The position numbers and the translations under genes were made by a program. The notes under the pieces were generated by a model that made no database searches, was not told the DNA's origin, and worked only from the letters and a program-made list of their open reading frames with translations. A stretch of 64,000 nucleotides of DNA, from NCBI GenBank assembly GCA_038108555.1, contig JAYNIA010000004.1, positions 32,001 through 96,000 on the forward strand, given 5' to 3'. Source of the stretch: Nitrospinota bacterium (GTDB lineage: Bacteria; Nitrospinota; Nitrospinia; Nitrospinales; VA-1). This document shows, piece after piece, positions 8,118 to 17,757 of this stretch. Position 1 is the first letter of the stretch. Every line of letters starts with the position of its first letter.

Positions 8118-8723
8118 TTAGAAGCGCATGCCCAGACTGAAGATATGAGCGTTGAGGCCAATATTGGGGAATTCAATTCCTGCATTGGATACATGCCACA
8201 GGCGGTAGTTTAAAGACCAGGCAGTGGTTTGATTATAAAACTCAACACCCGCGCCAATATGGAGCAAAAACTCAAAGGCCGTGGCAATTTCGCGTGTGGC
8301 CAGATCATTCCAGTCCCCGTATGAGAAACCGGCACCGGCGAGAATATTCGGAGCCCATTTTCTTTTAGGACTGAGGAATTTGTACTGGGCCATGAGGGGG
8401 GAGAATCCCCACAAGGTGTTTCCACCACGATCGGCAGCAATTGCCACTCCAGCTTCAGCGTGGTAGAAAAGCGCCCCGCGATACCAGGATTCGCCAATCA
8501 AACCGGTTATATTGTGTTGCCAGTTTGGAAAAATGAATGCCGTTCCAATATTTATCCGGTCCCTTCCCGGTGGCAGATCGAAGGTATAACCCCATCCGAC
8601 CTGGGCACCAAAATCGTGGGAACCCTTTTCAAACCGTTCGGAAAAAGTATCCGCACCAGCGATATTGGTTTGGGTAGCAAATGTCAGGAAAAAAGCGGCA
8701 ATGGCGGCAAGCAAAAATCTCAT
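8118..8723 (-). CDS. PagL-like acyloxyacyl hydrolase (lipid A 3-O-deacylase family beta-barrel)
   Basis: Signal peptide; C-terminal YRLWHVSNAGIEFPNIGLN; terminal Phe. Confidence 0.8.
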   Translation of the reverse strand: MRFLLAAIAAFFLTFATQTNIAGADTFSERFEKGSHDFGAQVGWGYTFDLPPGRDRINIGTAFIFPNWQHNITGLIGESWYRGALFYHAEAGVAIAADRGGNTLWGFSPLMAQYKFLSPKRKWAPNILAGAGFSYGDWNDLATREIATAFEFLLHIGAGVEFYNQTTAWSLNYRLWHVSNAGIEFPNIGLNAHIFSLGMRF

Positions 8724-8883
8724 AAATGTTTGTATCCTAAAGTCTAATTTAACGGAAACTCCCAATTTAAAAGCGAAATTGTATCATAATTTGGCAATTT
8801 TTCCATGCAATTATTGGGGTTTGCATGGAACATGTTTAGTGTTATAATCGGCGTTTTCTCAAATAAATAAAGGGATTTTCGCT

Positions 8884-9162
8884 ATGATGGGAATTGGTTT
8901 TCCAGAATTAATGATCATTTTGGTCATTATTATGATTATCTTCGGGGCTGGCAAGCTTCCTGAAATTGGGAGTGCCTTTGGTAACAGCATCCGAAACTTT
9001 AAAAAATCGATGAAGGAAGCAGAACAGGAAGAAGAATTGCCCGAAGGCTCCACCGCAGAAAATGCAATTACAGAAGGTGATTCCGCTGAAGGACAACCTG
9101 CTGAGGGTGCCGATCCTGCCGAAAATCCTGTAGCCTCAACAACAGAAACGGAACAAAAATAA
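8884..9162 (+). CDS. tatA: Twin-arginine translocase TatA/E subunit
   Basis: [38 protein letters not shown]. Confidence 0.95.
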   Translation: MMGIGFPELMIILVIIMIIFGAGKLPEIGSAFGNSIRNFKKSMKEAEQEEELPEGSTAENAITEGDSAEGQPAEGADPAENPVASTTETEQK

Positions 9163-9333
9163 TCCGATTCATTTAATTTGCCTGTAACCTGGTTTTTTTT
9201 CCGAATCCCAGGACCCTTATGAATCGCTTTGCTTTCCATCGCATCTTATAAATGAATGGACACAACAGCAAAGCGATTACTAATATATGGAAGCAGGCAT
9301 CCTTCCAAGAAATAAGAACAGAATTGCTGTTTT

Positions 9334-9963
9334 ATGTCTTTTTCTCAACCCAAAGAAGATAAAGAAATTGAAGAATCTCTGGTTCGCGAGTTTCAGGGTG
9401 GCAACCTGGATGCTTTCGATAAAATAGCAGAGATTTACCAGAAAAAAGTTTATGGGCTGAGTTTTAATCTGACCCGGAACCAGATGGATGCGCAGGATGT
9501 GACGCAGGAAGTACTCCTGACTCTCTTCCGCAAGATCCATATGTTCCAGGGGAAGTCTGCGTTTTCAAGTTGGGTTTACCGGATCACACTCAACGCCAGC
9601 TACATGAAGCTGCGCAGTAAAAAGAAGGAGCCAAATGTTTCCATTTACGAGTTGATGCCTTCGTTTAACGGAGCCGGGTTCCAACAGGAAAAAATTCAGG
9701 ACTGGTCTGAAAATACCGAATCGTTAATGTTCACTAACGAAACCCGTGAGGTGATTAACAAGGCGGTCGACTTGCTTCCTGAAAAGGAAAAAGTGGTTTT
9801 TCTGCTACGGGATGTTGAAGGCCTCTCCACCGAAGAAACTGGAGACGTATTGGACCTAACAGTTCCGGCAGTTAAATCGAGATTACACCGTGCGAGATTG
9901 TTTTTAAGAAAAAAACTTTCTAATTATTTTGAAGAATTTTCATCTCGGAAGGCGGAAAAATGA
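9334..9963 (+). CDS. ECF-type RNA polymerase sigma factor
   Basis: DAQDVTQE...FSSWVYRI; region 4 LRDVEGLSTEE...VKSRLHRAR. Confidence 0.93.
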   Translation: MSFSQPKEDKEIEESLVREFQGGNLDAFDKIAEIYQKKVYGLSFNLTRNQMDAQDVTQEVLLTLFRKIHMFQGKSAFSSWVYRITLNASYMKLRSKKKEPNVSIYELMPSFNGAGFQQEKIQDWSENTESLMFTNETREVINKAVDLLPEKEKVVFLLRDVEGLSTEETGDVLDLTVPAVKSRLHRARLFLRKKLSNYFEEFSSRKAEK

Positions 9964-10211
9964 TTTGCTGTAAAGAATGCCTTGACCTACTTTACGATTA
10001 TATTGATGGAAACCTGGATCAAGAAACCACAAAAACCCTCGAAGAACACTTTGAGGAATGTCCACCCTGCCTTGCATTTTTGAACACATATAAATCAACA
10101 ACCAATGTGTGCCGGGAAAATTTGAGTGAAGCAGGAATCCCTGATGTGGTGCGAGACACCCTGCTCAAAGTCATTAATAAACAAAAAGCGGAACAACAAA
10201 ACAAAAAATAG
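9960..10211 (+). CDS. zf-HC2 (ZAS) anti-sigma factor
   Basis: C...LLYDYIDG.L...HFEECPPC (HxxxCxxC); adjoins the sigma stop codon. Confidence 0.88.
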   Translation: MICCKECLDLLYDYIDGNLDQETTKTLEEHFEECPPCLAFLNTYKSTTNVCRENLSEAGIPDVVRDTLLKVINKQKAEQQNKK

Positions 10212-10394
10212 CCTCTAGTGGGAAGAAAAACAAAGCTCAGGATTTAAAACTATTTTTTTCCCATCCACAATTAGACAATTTTTAAGGGTTCCGTTATAAT
10301 TTTTTTAGGGCTTTTTATTCTGTTTGCCTTAGTAAAATCTGTTACGATATAAATATTCTATCAATAAATATACATTTACCTGAGGCCAAGGGAC

Positions 10395-10883
10395 ATGGTT
10401 GAAATGAAAGTTGAGGGGCTGACCTTAGATCCGCTCACCAACATGCCCATCATCATTTTGAAAGATTCAACAGGCGCAAAAGCGTTGCCCATCTGGGTGG
10501 GTTATTTTGAGGCAAATGCCATCGCATTGGAAATAGAAAATATTTCCACACCTCGACCCATGACCCATGATCTTTTGAAAAACCTGATCCTGAATATGAA
10601 AGCCGAAGTGAACCACATTCTGGTAAATGAATTAAAAGATAATACCTTTTATGCGGTCATCTCAGTCGTTTGTGGAGACAGCACATTATCTATTGATTCG
10701 CGCCCTTCCGATGCAATTGCCCTGGCATTGAGGACCAAGTCCCCTATTTTCGTTGAGGAAAAAGTCATCGAAGCTGCCAAGAGTCTGGATCTCCCGGATC
10801 CTGAAAAAACCAACACGGACGATGAGAAACAATGGCAGGATTGGCTCAACAAGATAAAACCGGAAGATTTTGGCAAACTGTAA
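10395..10883 (+). CDS. Bifunctional nuclease family protein (DUF151)
   Basis: LPIWVGYFEA, PRPMTHDL, IDSRPSDAIALA. Confidence 0.93.
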   Translation: MVEMKVEGLTLDPLTNMPIIILKDSTGAKALPIWVGYFEANAIALEIENISTPRPMTHDLLKNLILNMKAEVNHILVNELKDNTFYAVISVVCGDSTLSIDSRPSDAIALALRTKSPIFVEEKVIEAAKSLDLPDPEKTNTDDEKQWQDWLNKIKPEDFGKL

Positions 10884-10998
10884 GATCCACCAAAACCGTC
10901 ATACCAAATTCCCCCCTTATCATTTTTAAATAGCATCGCAGGTGTTTTTCCCCTATTGTTAGTTTCGTCAGGACAGATTCAAATATCAGGGTGAACTT

Positions 10999-11874
10999 GT
11001 GAAAAAAATCGGAATATTCTGCAAACAAAAACCAACGGTAGACCCCACCATTATCAGCCAGCTTTCCCAATGGCTGGAATCTAAAAATTGTACGGTCTTT
11101 CTGGAACCGGACACCGCGGAACTCATCGGCAAAAACAGTTCTACATCAAAAGAAGATGTCGCCTCGAACTCCGACCTCATTATTTGTTTGGGAGGAGATG
11201 GCACCTTACTAAATGTCGCTAATATCGCTCATCCTCATGAAGTCCCCATATTAGGGGTCAATCTGGGAAGCCTTGGGTTCCTGACCGAAACGACCATGGA
11301 AGATTTTTACCCCACCCTCGAACAGGTATTGGAAGGAAAATGTGAAATTGAAAACCGCATGCTGTTAAATGCCGGGGTGCGGAGGGATGGAAAAAAAATT
11401 GAAGACTTCAATGTGCTCAACGATATCGTAATTAACAAAGGCGCTTTGGCAAGAATCGTCAACCTTGAAGTTTTCGTAGACAACCAATACATGACTTCGT
11501 ACCGGGCGGATGGACTCATCATTTCCTCCCCTACCGGTTCCACGGCCTATTCCCTTTCCGCAGGTGGGCCTATCATTCACCCGAGCATGGGAGCTTTGGT
11601 GTTGAGTCCCATTTGTCCTTTTGCTCTGACAAACCGTCCCGTTGTGATTCCCGACTCATCCACCATCACCGTTCAACTCACAACAAGATACGATGACGAA
11701 GATGTAAGAATCACCCTGGACGGCCAAACCGGATGTTCCCTGAAATCAGGAGATATTCTGGAAGCAAAAAAAGCTGAGATCCCTGTGAAACTGGTTCAAG
11801 CACCCGGAAAAGATTATTACGAGCTACTAAGGAAAAAACTGCACTGGGGTGCCACGACAGAAAATAATCCCTGA
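10999..11874 (+). CDS. nadK: NAD(+) kinase
   Basis: GGDGT, GVNLGSLGFL, SPTGSTAYSLSAGGP. Confidence 0.96.
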   Translation: MKKIGIFCKQKPTVDPTIISQLSQWLESKNCTVFLEPDTAELIGKNSSTSKEDVASNSDLIICLGGDGTLLNVANIAHPHEVPILGVNLGSLGFLTETTMEDFYPTLEQVLEGKCEIENRMLLNAGVRRDGKKIEDFNVLNDIVINKGALARIVNLEVFVDNQYMTSYRADGLIISSPTGSTAYSLSAGGPIIHPSMGALVLSPICPFALTNRPVVIPDSSTITVQLTTRYDDEDVRITLDGQTGCSLKSGDILEAKKAEIPVKLVQAPGKDYYELLRKKLHWGATTENNP

Positions 11875-11892
11875 TTTCTTTACACATTGACC

Positions 11893-12792
11893 ATGAATCA
11901 AAATATCATTGCCTGCGAACGGAAGGTAGATATAGGCACTCGTGTTGTTTTGTGGTCCGAGAAAGATGGATTCAAATGCCCCAACCCTCGGGGGCGTCAG
12001 AAATGCAGCCAGCACAACCCTTCGCTGAACGATGCCCCCAGCCTGGACTTCAAAAACTACAAAATAAAAAATACTGAGACCGCTTACCAGGAATTGACAC
12101 AATGCGTTTACCAACTGGTATTGCATTACGATGTCTGTTACACCTCTTTGCACTGCCACCAACTAATGCAAGACAGTTCTTTTAAAGGCAGTCATTTTTA
12201 TCTCGACCTCGATGGCACCCTTTTCCAAACCTGCGATTTATATTGGAAAACAAATACCGCGCCCGCAGATGATAAAAAAGGAAATGAAAGAGCGGTACAT
12301 GTTGAAATTTCAAATTTATCCTGGGAGGCCCTTGCAAGGGAATCTGAATACTATCCCTCCAAAAATGACAAATATAAGAAAACCAGAAAAGGTTGGAGGC
12401 TGGATGTTCCCCGGAAATTAAAAACCAAAACACTTAAAAAAAACTTTTCCGCTAATCCAGCGCGTGCATTTGGTAACCGTGGTTTTTTCAGCAAGAAAGT
12501 AAATGGGAAAATGGTAAGAATGTGGGACTTCACAGAGGAGCAATATGTGGCACTGGAAAAATTGTGTGCCGGACTCAACAAATTGCTACCGGCTATTAAA
12601 TTGAAGGTTCCATTTGAAAAAGAAACGGGCCGGCATCCCCTGGATCGATTAAAAAATTTTTCTCGCTTTAAAGGAGTGTTGGGTCACTGCCACGTGCAAA
12701 ATGGCTCCACCGGACTTGAATGCAAATACGACCCGGGTTCTGCATTTAACTGGGGCCGCCTTCATCGATTCTTTAAAAATTTAAACGGTTAA
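11893..12792 (+). CDS. Amidase_2-like N-acetylmuramoyl-L-alanine amidase / peptidoglycan-recognition protein
   Basis: LVLHYD, SHFYLDLDGTLFQ, GNERAVHVEI, FTEEQY, VLGHCHV...KYDPG. Confidence 0.7.
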   Translation: MNQNIIACERKVDIGTRVVLWSEKDGFKCPNPRGRQKCSQHNPSLNDAPSLDFKNYKIKNTETAYQELTQCVYQLVLHYDVCYTSLHCHQLMQDSSFKGSHFYLDLDGTLFQTCDLYWKTNTAPADDKKGNERAVHVEISNLSWEALARESEYYPSKNDKYKKTRKGWRLDVPRKLKTKTLKKNFSANPARAFGNRGFFSKKVNGKMVRMWDFTEEQYVALEKLCAGLNKLLPAIKLKVPFEKETGRHPLDRLKNFSRFKGVLGHCHVQNGSTGLECKYDPGSAFNWGRLHRFFKNLNG

Positions 12793-12899
12793 AAAAACCC
12801 GGGTTTTTATCCGTGCATTTTTATAAGAATTTTGGGTTGACCTTTTTGCCCGTTTGGGGGAAGCTGGGACAAACCAAAATAAATTTTGCCGATTTTAAA

Positions 12900-13403
12900 A
12901 TGCGTCGAATAATTTACAGCTTAGTTTTTTTATTTGTTGGATTTGGTCTTGCTTCCCAGGTTGCAGCTGAAACCTGGTATGTGAAAAAAAATTCCACCAA
13001 ACTTCAATCAGAAGCCAAGGCACGCTCAAAAGTTCTGGCTAAACTGAATAAGGGTACCCCCGTTGATGTATTGGGAAAATCCGGAAAATTTTTCCAAGTC
13101 TCAGCCGGTGGTGAAAAAGGCTGGATTTTCCGATTTAAATTAACAAAAAAGGCACCTGCGGGAGGAGGAGGCGATGGCGATGTCCTGGGGGCATTGGGAG
13201 GACAACAACAAATAGCTGCCCGCGAATCTGCCTATGGGTCCAGCATTCGCGGTCTCAGTCCGATTTCAGAGGAGCACGCCATTAAGAAAGGTGCATCCCC
13301 TGCAAGCATTGAATCTGTCAAAGAAATGGAAAGATATAAAATTGATGACGAGGCTTTGGATAAATTCCTTGAAGAGGGCCGGTTGGGAGCCTACGCGGAT
13401 TGA
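12900..13403 (+). CDS. Exported SH3-domain protein
   Basis: Signal peptide; VLAKLNKGTPVDVLGKSGKFFQV...KGWI; C-terminal SIRGL...LDKFLEEGRL. Confidence 0.75.
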   Translation: MRRIIYSLVFLFVGFGLASQVAAETWYVKKNSTKLQSEAKARSKVLAKLNKGTPVDVLGKSGKFFQVSAGGEKGWIFRFKLTKKAPAGGGGDGDVLGALGGQQQIAARESAYGSSIRGLSPISEEHAIKKGASPASIESVKEMERYKIDDEALDKFLEEGRLGAYAD

Positions 13404-13405
13404 AT

Positions 13406-14434
13406 ATGAAAACTAAAACTTTTTTAAAAATTTTATGCCTTATTTGCGCACTTGTTTGGGCGATGCCATCTTATTCTTTTGATTTTGGAAAAATTTTAAA
13501 GGATGTTGAAAAGTCGACCCGGCCCCCGGAAAAATCACAACCTCAACCGGAACCCGAGCCTCAACCGGAACCCAAAGCTGAACCGGAAAAGAACCAGGCT
13601 CAACCCACCCAAAATAACTCTCAACAAAGTGGGGGCGGAGGGTTAATTGGTCTTGGAAATTCACTGGGACTTTTTGACAAAAAAACATCAAAAATTTTAC
13701 AGCAGGGCGTCACCACACTGAAAGCCTTGCAACCCATCGGTTATGAAGAAGAAGTAGCAATAGGAGGTCGGTTAGCGGTTGAGGTTTTCAATCGGTATGG
13801 CGGCGCTTATGACGACCCTGAATTATTAAAATATGTCAACCTGGTGGGACATGCGGTGGCCGATGTTTCCACTCGACCGGATATCGAATACCATTTTGCA
13901 ATTTTAAATACAGAATATCCCAATGCGTTTGCGACTCCGGGCGGGTATGTGTTTGTTAGCATCGGCCTGTTGAAAATGCTTGATAACGAGGCTCAACTTG
14001 CCGGGGTGTTGGCCCATGAAGTGGCACATATTGCCCGCAAACATGCGCTTCAAACCCTTGAAAGGAGCCGCAGCCTACAAGGTATCAGCTCACTCACCCT
14101 AACCGTGATGGATAAAGACCCCGGCTTGCTTGATAAGCTGATTGATGAAGTATCCAATACTTTATTCACCAAAGGCCTTGATAAAAATCTGGAGTTTGAG
14201 GCAGATAAATATGGTCGGGAATTTGCCTATCGTACCGGGTATTATCCGGGAGCCCTTGGAAAGTTTATTAAAAAACTGGGAGCCAGCAAAGAAAATGACA
14301 GTTCTATTTTCAACAGCACCCATCCGACCTCTCAAGAGCGGTACCATCTACTGCAAAAATCTTCGTCGCGTTATAAAAAAGCCTCCCTCTACCCGACATT
14401 AAGAAATAGATTTAAAGTAGCGACCAAAAGGTAA
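13406..14434 (+). CDS. M48 family metallopeptidase, exported
   Basis: PNAFATPGG, LAGVLAHEVAH, E.EAD, STHP. Confidence 0.9.
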   Translation: MKTKTFLKILCLICALVWAMPSYSFDFGKILKDVEKSTRPPEKSQPQPEPEPQPEPKAEPEKNQAQPTQNNSQQSGGGGLIGLGNSLGLFDKKTSKILQQGVTTLKALQPIGYEEEVAIGGRLAVEVFNRYGGAYDDPELLKYVNLVGHAVADVSTRPDIEYHFAILNTEYPNAFATPGGYVFVSIGLLKMLDNEAQLAGVLAHEVAHIARKHALQTLERSRSLQGISSLTLTVMDKDPGLLDKLIDEVSNTLFTKGLDKNLEFEADKYGREFAYRTGYYPGALGKFIKKLGASKENDSSIFNSTHPTSQERYHLLQKSSSRYKKASLYPTLRNRFKVATKR

Positions 14435-14441
14435 AACCGAT

Positions 14442-14909
14442 ATGGCAAGAAATTCCATCTTCAGGGATGAACTCCCAGGAGAAAAGAAAAGTATCATCAA
14501 CCTCCTGATGACAGGTTATATCGTTGTTATTTCCTGCCTGGGCTACGCGGCTTTTTTTCTTTATGTGCAATTGGGGCAAGTGGAAAGAATTGTCTCAACC
14601 ATGAATACTGAAACCATGCAACCGGACCAATTAGAGTTATTAAAAGATCGGTTGCAGCGCAGTGCCGTTCAGTTGAAAAACGAAATGATTGGAATGGCCA
14701 TCCTGGGAACGCTTGTCTGCGTGATTGGCGGCCTGTACACCATAAGCATGGTGATCCGACCTTTGAAAAAACTGGTGAAATTTGCCGAGGAAAATGGAAA
14801 AACGGAATTGCCTGAATTTAAATCCAACACGGAGATAAAACAACTGGCTACCGCCCTGACGGTGTTGACGGAAAAGTTAAACCAGGAAGAGAAGAAAAAC
14901 GCCCCCTGA
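14442..14909 (+). CDS. Two-TM membrane protein with HAMP-like tail and no output domain
   Basis: Two TM helices, then IRPLKKLVKFA...EIKQLATAL. Confidence 0.6.
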   Translation: MARNSIFRDELPGEKKSIINLLMTGYIVVISCLGYAAFFLYVQLGQVERIVSTMNTETMQPDQLELLKDRLQRSAVQLKNEMIGMAILGTLVCVIGGLYTISMVIRPLKKLVKFAEENGKTELPEFKSNTEIKQLATALTVLTEKLNQEEKKNAP

Positions 14910-14919
14910 AGTTCCCCCT

Positions 14920-15696
14920 CTAGGAACCATTATAATCCCGAGTCCATCCTTTCATTTCATCTTTGAACGGGAAGACCATTTCTCTGGGAATCCCCGTTTC
15001 ATTTAACAGTTGCGCGAAATAAAAGAAATTCATCGATTCCTTTAAACGAAAAATGGCATTTTGAATTCCCTCGGGAGTGGAACCTTCTGACAACATATCT
15101 TCGCACAGGTTCTCAACTTCCAAAGGATCTTTTCCCACCTGCGAAACCAGGGTCGTTACCTTGGAAACGCTTAACCTCTTTTGCTGTAACCGCCGGTCTT
15201 CAATTTCCTTTTTAAAATATTTGATGCACTTTTCACGCAATATCAGCCTTTGCTGCCAGGGCTTAATCTTTTCCCATTTACCAAATCTTACTTTTACCGG
15301 TTTTCTCTGGCGGAGTTTTTCCAACTCCTCAATTTTGGTTCGATCATTTTCAAGTTTTACTTTTCTTTCATTTTCTCTTGTTATAAGTTCCTCATCGTAG
15401 GATTTTTCCTTGAACTTTTTATCGGCCTTTCTTTTTTCAAGAAATTTCTCATAGCGCAGGTATATGACTTCCGTCAGGGTCATTTCATCGAGTTCACGAT
15501 ACAACCTTCGGGTTTCATTTATATGGAAGGATTTGGCCTCTTCAACCATTTTGGCGTATTTTTCCGGATCTTTTTCTTCAAGCTTTTTCAAAATAGGTTT
15601 ATATTCTTGCTCCCATTTTAAATTGGCCTGATATCCTCCAAAAACAATCGCTCCCAGAATGGAATACCTTATTAATTTTTTAAAGAAGTTTTTCAT
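14920..15696 (-). CDS. Hypothetical membrane-anchored, highly charged helical protein
   Basis: 258-aa ORF, N-terminal TM, K/E-rich. Confidence 0.65.
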   Translation of the reverse strand: MKNFFKKLIRYSILGAIVFGGYQANLKWEQEYKPILKKLEEKDPEKYAKMVEEAKSFHINETRRLYRELDEMTLTEVIYLRYEKFLEKRKADKKFKEKSYDEELITRENERKVKLENDRTKIEELEKLRQRKPVKVRFGKWEKIKPWQQRLILREKCIKYFKKEIEDRRLQQKRLSVSKVTTLVSQVGKDPLEVENLCEDMLSEGSTPEGIQNAIFRLKESMNFFYFAQLLNETGIPREMVFPFKDEMKGWTRDYNGS

Positions 15697-15847
15697 TCAG
15701 GAATTTTTTCCATTGAAAATTCAATATTTACAGATATTTCTCTATCGGAATGCTTAGATAGGGTCTTTAATTTATTAGATTTTGTCAAGAAAGGAGCCAG
15801 GCGGAAATAGGCTGCAGGTTGAAAATGAGAAGGTGAAACGAAGAGGG

Positions 15848-17398
15848 TTAGTGCTTGAAGTGTCGGGTTCCAGTGAAAACCATGGCTATATTATGCTCTT
15901 TTGCCGCTTGTAAAACTTCTTCATCGCGGATGGATCCACCCGGTGAAATGATAGCTGTAATTCCATTTTTCGCGGCTTCATCGACTGAATCCCTGAAAGG
16001 GAAAAATGCATCAGAGGCCATCACCGCTCCCGATAAAGACTTACGGGCCTTTTCTACTGCCACACGCGCTGAATCAACACGGCTCATTTGACCGGCCCCA
16101 ATACCCAGGATTTCCTGGTCTTTAGCATAAATTATTGCATTGGACTTCACATGTTTCGCAACCAGCCAGGCAAATTTCATATCTTCCATTTCGCGGGCAT
16201 CAGGTCCCCGTTCACTGGCAACCTTTAACTGCCCTTCAACATAATTTAACGTATCCGGACTCTGGACCAAAAGTCCTCCGGTAATTCTTTTCAAGTCATA
16301 ACGTGAATCACCGGAATCAAATTCCGCGCTTTGCATTTGCATGAGGCGGATATTTTTCTTCGCAGAAAAGAGTTTCAACGCATCTTCATCAAAACCCGGT
16401 GCCACTACCGCCTCTACAAAATTCTTAAGAATCTCTTCTGCTACCGGACCCGTGACCGGCTGGTTGAATCCCAAAATACCGCCGAACGCTGAAACAGGAT
16501 CTACCTCTCTCGCTATGATGAAAGTTTTTAACTGGTCATCACCCACCGCCACGCCACAAGGGTTGGTGTGCTTAATAATAACAACGGCCCCTGGCCCCAG
16601 TTCACGTGTCAACTCCCAGGCGGCATTCAAATCTATGTAATTATTAAACGATAATTCTTTTCCCTGAAGCTGCTCCGCCGAAACAATATCGGCCGGTCGT
16701 GGGCGACTCTCTTTATACAAAGCGGCAGACTGATGAGGGTTTTCCCCATAGCGCAGGTCTTGTACCTTTTGGTAAGGTTGATTTAAAAATGGAGGAAAGC
16801 CGGGTTCATCTTCCCATTGGCTGGATAAAAAATTTGAGATCAATGAATCGTATCGTGCGGTGTGGGCAAACGCATCTCGACTCAACTTCCTACGAGTTTC
16901 AAGGGAAACTGCACCGTTTTTCATTTCCTCTAAGACCATCCCATAGTTTTTTGGGTCAACAATTATGGTAACGTCATTACAGTTTTTTGCTGATGACCGC
17001 ACCATGACCGGTCCGCCGATATCAATATTTTCTATGGCATCCTCCAGGGTACAACCCTCTTTCGCCACGGTTTGTTCAAAGGGATAAAGGTTAATCACCA
17101 CAAGATCAATAGGCCGAATGCCATGCTCTTCCATGGCCTGCACATGTTCGGGGACATCGCGCCGGGCAAGAATTCCTCCATGCACTCGCGGGTGCAAAGT
17201 TTTGATACGACCATCCATCATTTCCGGGAAACCGGTATAGTCAGAAACCTGGATCACAGGCACCCCACCTTTTCGCAACAGCTCGGCAGTTCCTCCAGTG
17301 GAAAGGATTTCTACACCAAAGTCGTGAAGTTCCTTAGCGAATTCAAGGACACCTGTCTTGTCCGACACACTGATTAATGCCCTTTGAATGGGTTTCAT
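15848..17398 (-). CDS. purH: Bifunctional AICAR formyltransferase/IMP cyclohydrolase
   Basis: RALISVSDKTG, GRIKTLHP, LRYGENPHQ, ASDAFFPFRD, TRHFKH. Confidence 0.98.
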   Translation of the reverse strand: MKPIQRALISVSDKTGVLEFAKELHDFGVEILSTGGTAELLRKGGVPVIQVSDYTGFPEMMDGRIKTLHPRVHGGILARRDVPEHVQAMEEHGIRPIDLVVINLYPFEQTVAKEGCTLEDAIENIDIGGPVMVRSSAKNCNDVTIIVDPKNYGMVLEEMKNGAVSLETRRKLSRDAFAHTARYDSLISNFLSSQWEDEPGFPPFLNQPYQKVQDLRYGENPHQSAALYKESRPRPADIVSAEQLQGKELSFNNYIDLNAAWELTRELGPGAVVIIKHTNPCGVAVGDDQLKTFIIAREVDPVSAFGGILGFNQPVTGPVAEEILKNFVEAVVAPGFDEDALKLFSAKKNIRLMQMQSAEFDSGDSRYDLKRITGGLLVQSPDTLNYVEGQLKVASERGPDAREMEDMKFAWLVAKHVKSNAIIYAKDQEILGIGAGQMSRVDSARVAVEKARKSLSGAVMASDAFFPFRDSVDEAAKNGITAIISPGGSIRDEEVLQAAKEHNIAMVFTGTRHFKH

Positions 17399-17419
17399 GG
17401 TTTTTGGAATTGGAAAATG

Positions 17420-17596
17420 TTACTGAGGAAGTTTTTTCTTCTCAACGGGTTCCTTTGAGATCAGAAAATCCGGAGTAATTGCATCGATCAATTTAAGGGA
17501 CCATACAGGAAAAGACCCATACGACTCCAGCAGCCCGGGCTCTTCTTTTTCCTCTGGGATATCAGGCGATTTTATTTCTTTATCAGCATCACTCAT
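17420..17596 (-). CDS. Small 58-aa hypothetical protein, not in the ORF track
   Basis: Hand-translated MSDADKEIKSPDIPEEKEEPGLLESYGSFPVWSLKLIDAITPDFLISKEPVEKKKLPQ; AAGGTG upstream; ends 21 nt before purH. Confidence 0.5.
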   Translation of the reverse strand: MSDADKEIKSPDIPEEKEEPGLLESYGSFPVWSLKLIDAITPDFLISKEPVEKKKLPQ

Positions 17597-17757
17597 AACG
17601 CACCTTACATTTAATATACAAATTCGGAAACGGGGAACGATTGAAGGTCGAAGTCTACACTTTTTCCACCTAATTTAAAATAAAAATTCTACCTCTACAG
17701 GTGGGTCTGAATGTAGATTACTCCAAATCTGAAAGAGTTTTGCTATTGCCCGGGTGT

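Noticed and set aside
17399..17757. ZTP or purine riboswitch upstream of purH
   Set aside because: No recognisable aptamer by eye; the region is largely filled by a small ORF. A cmscan would settle it.
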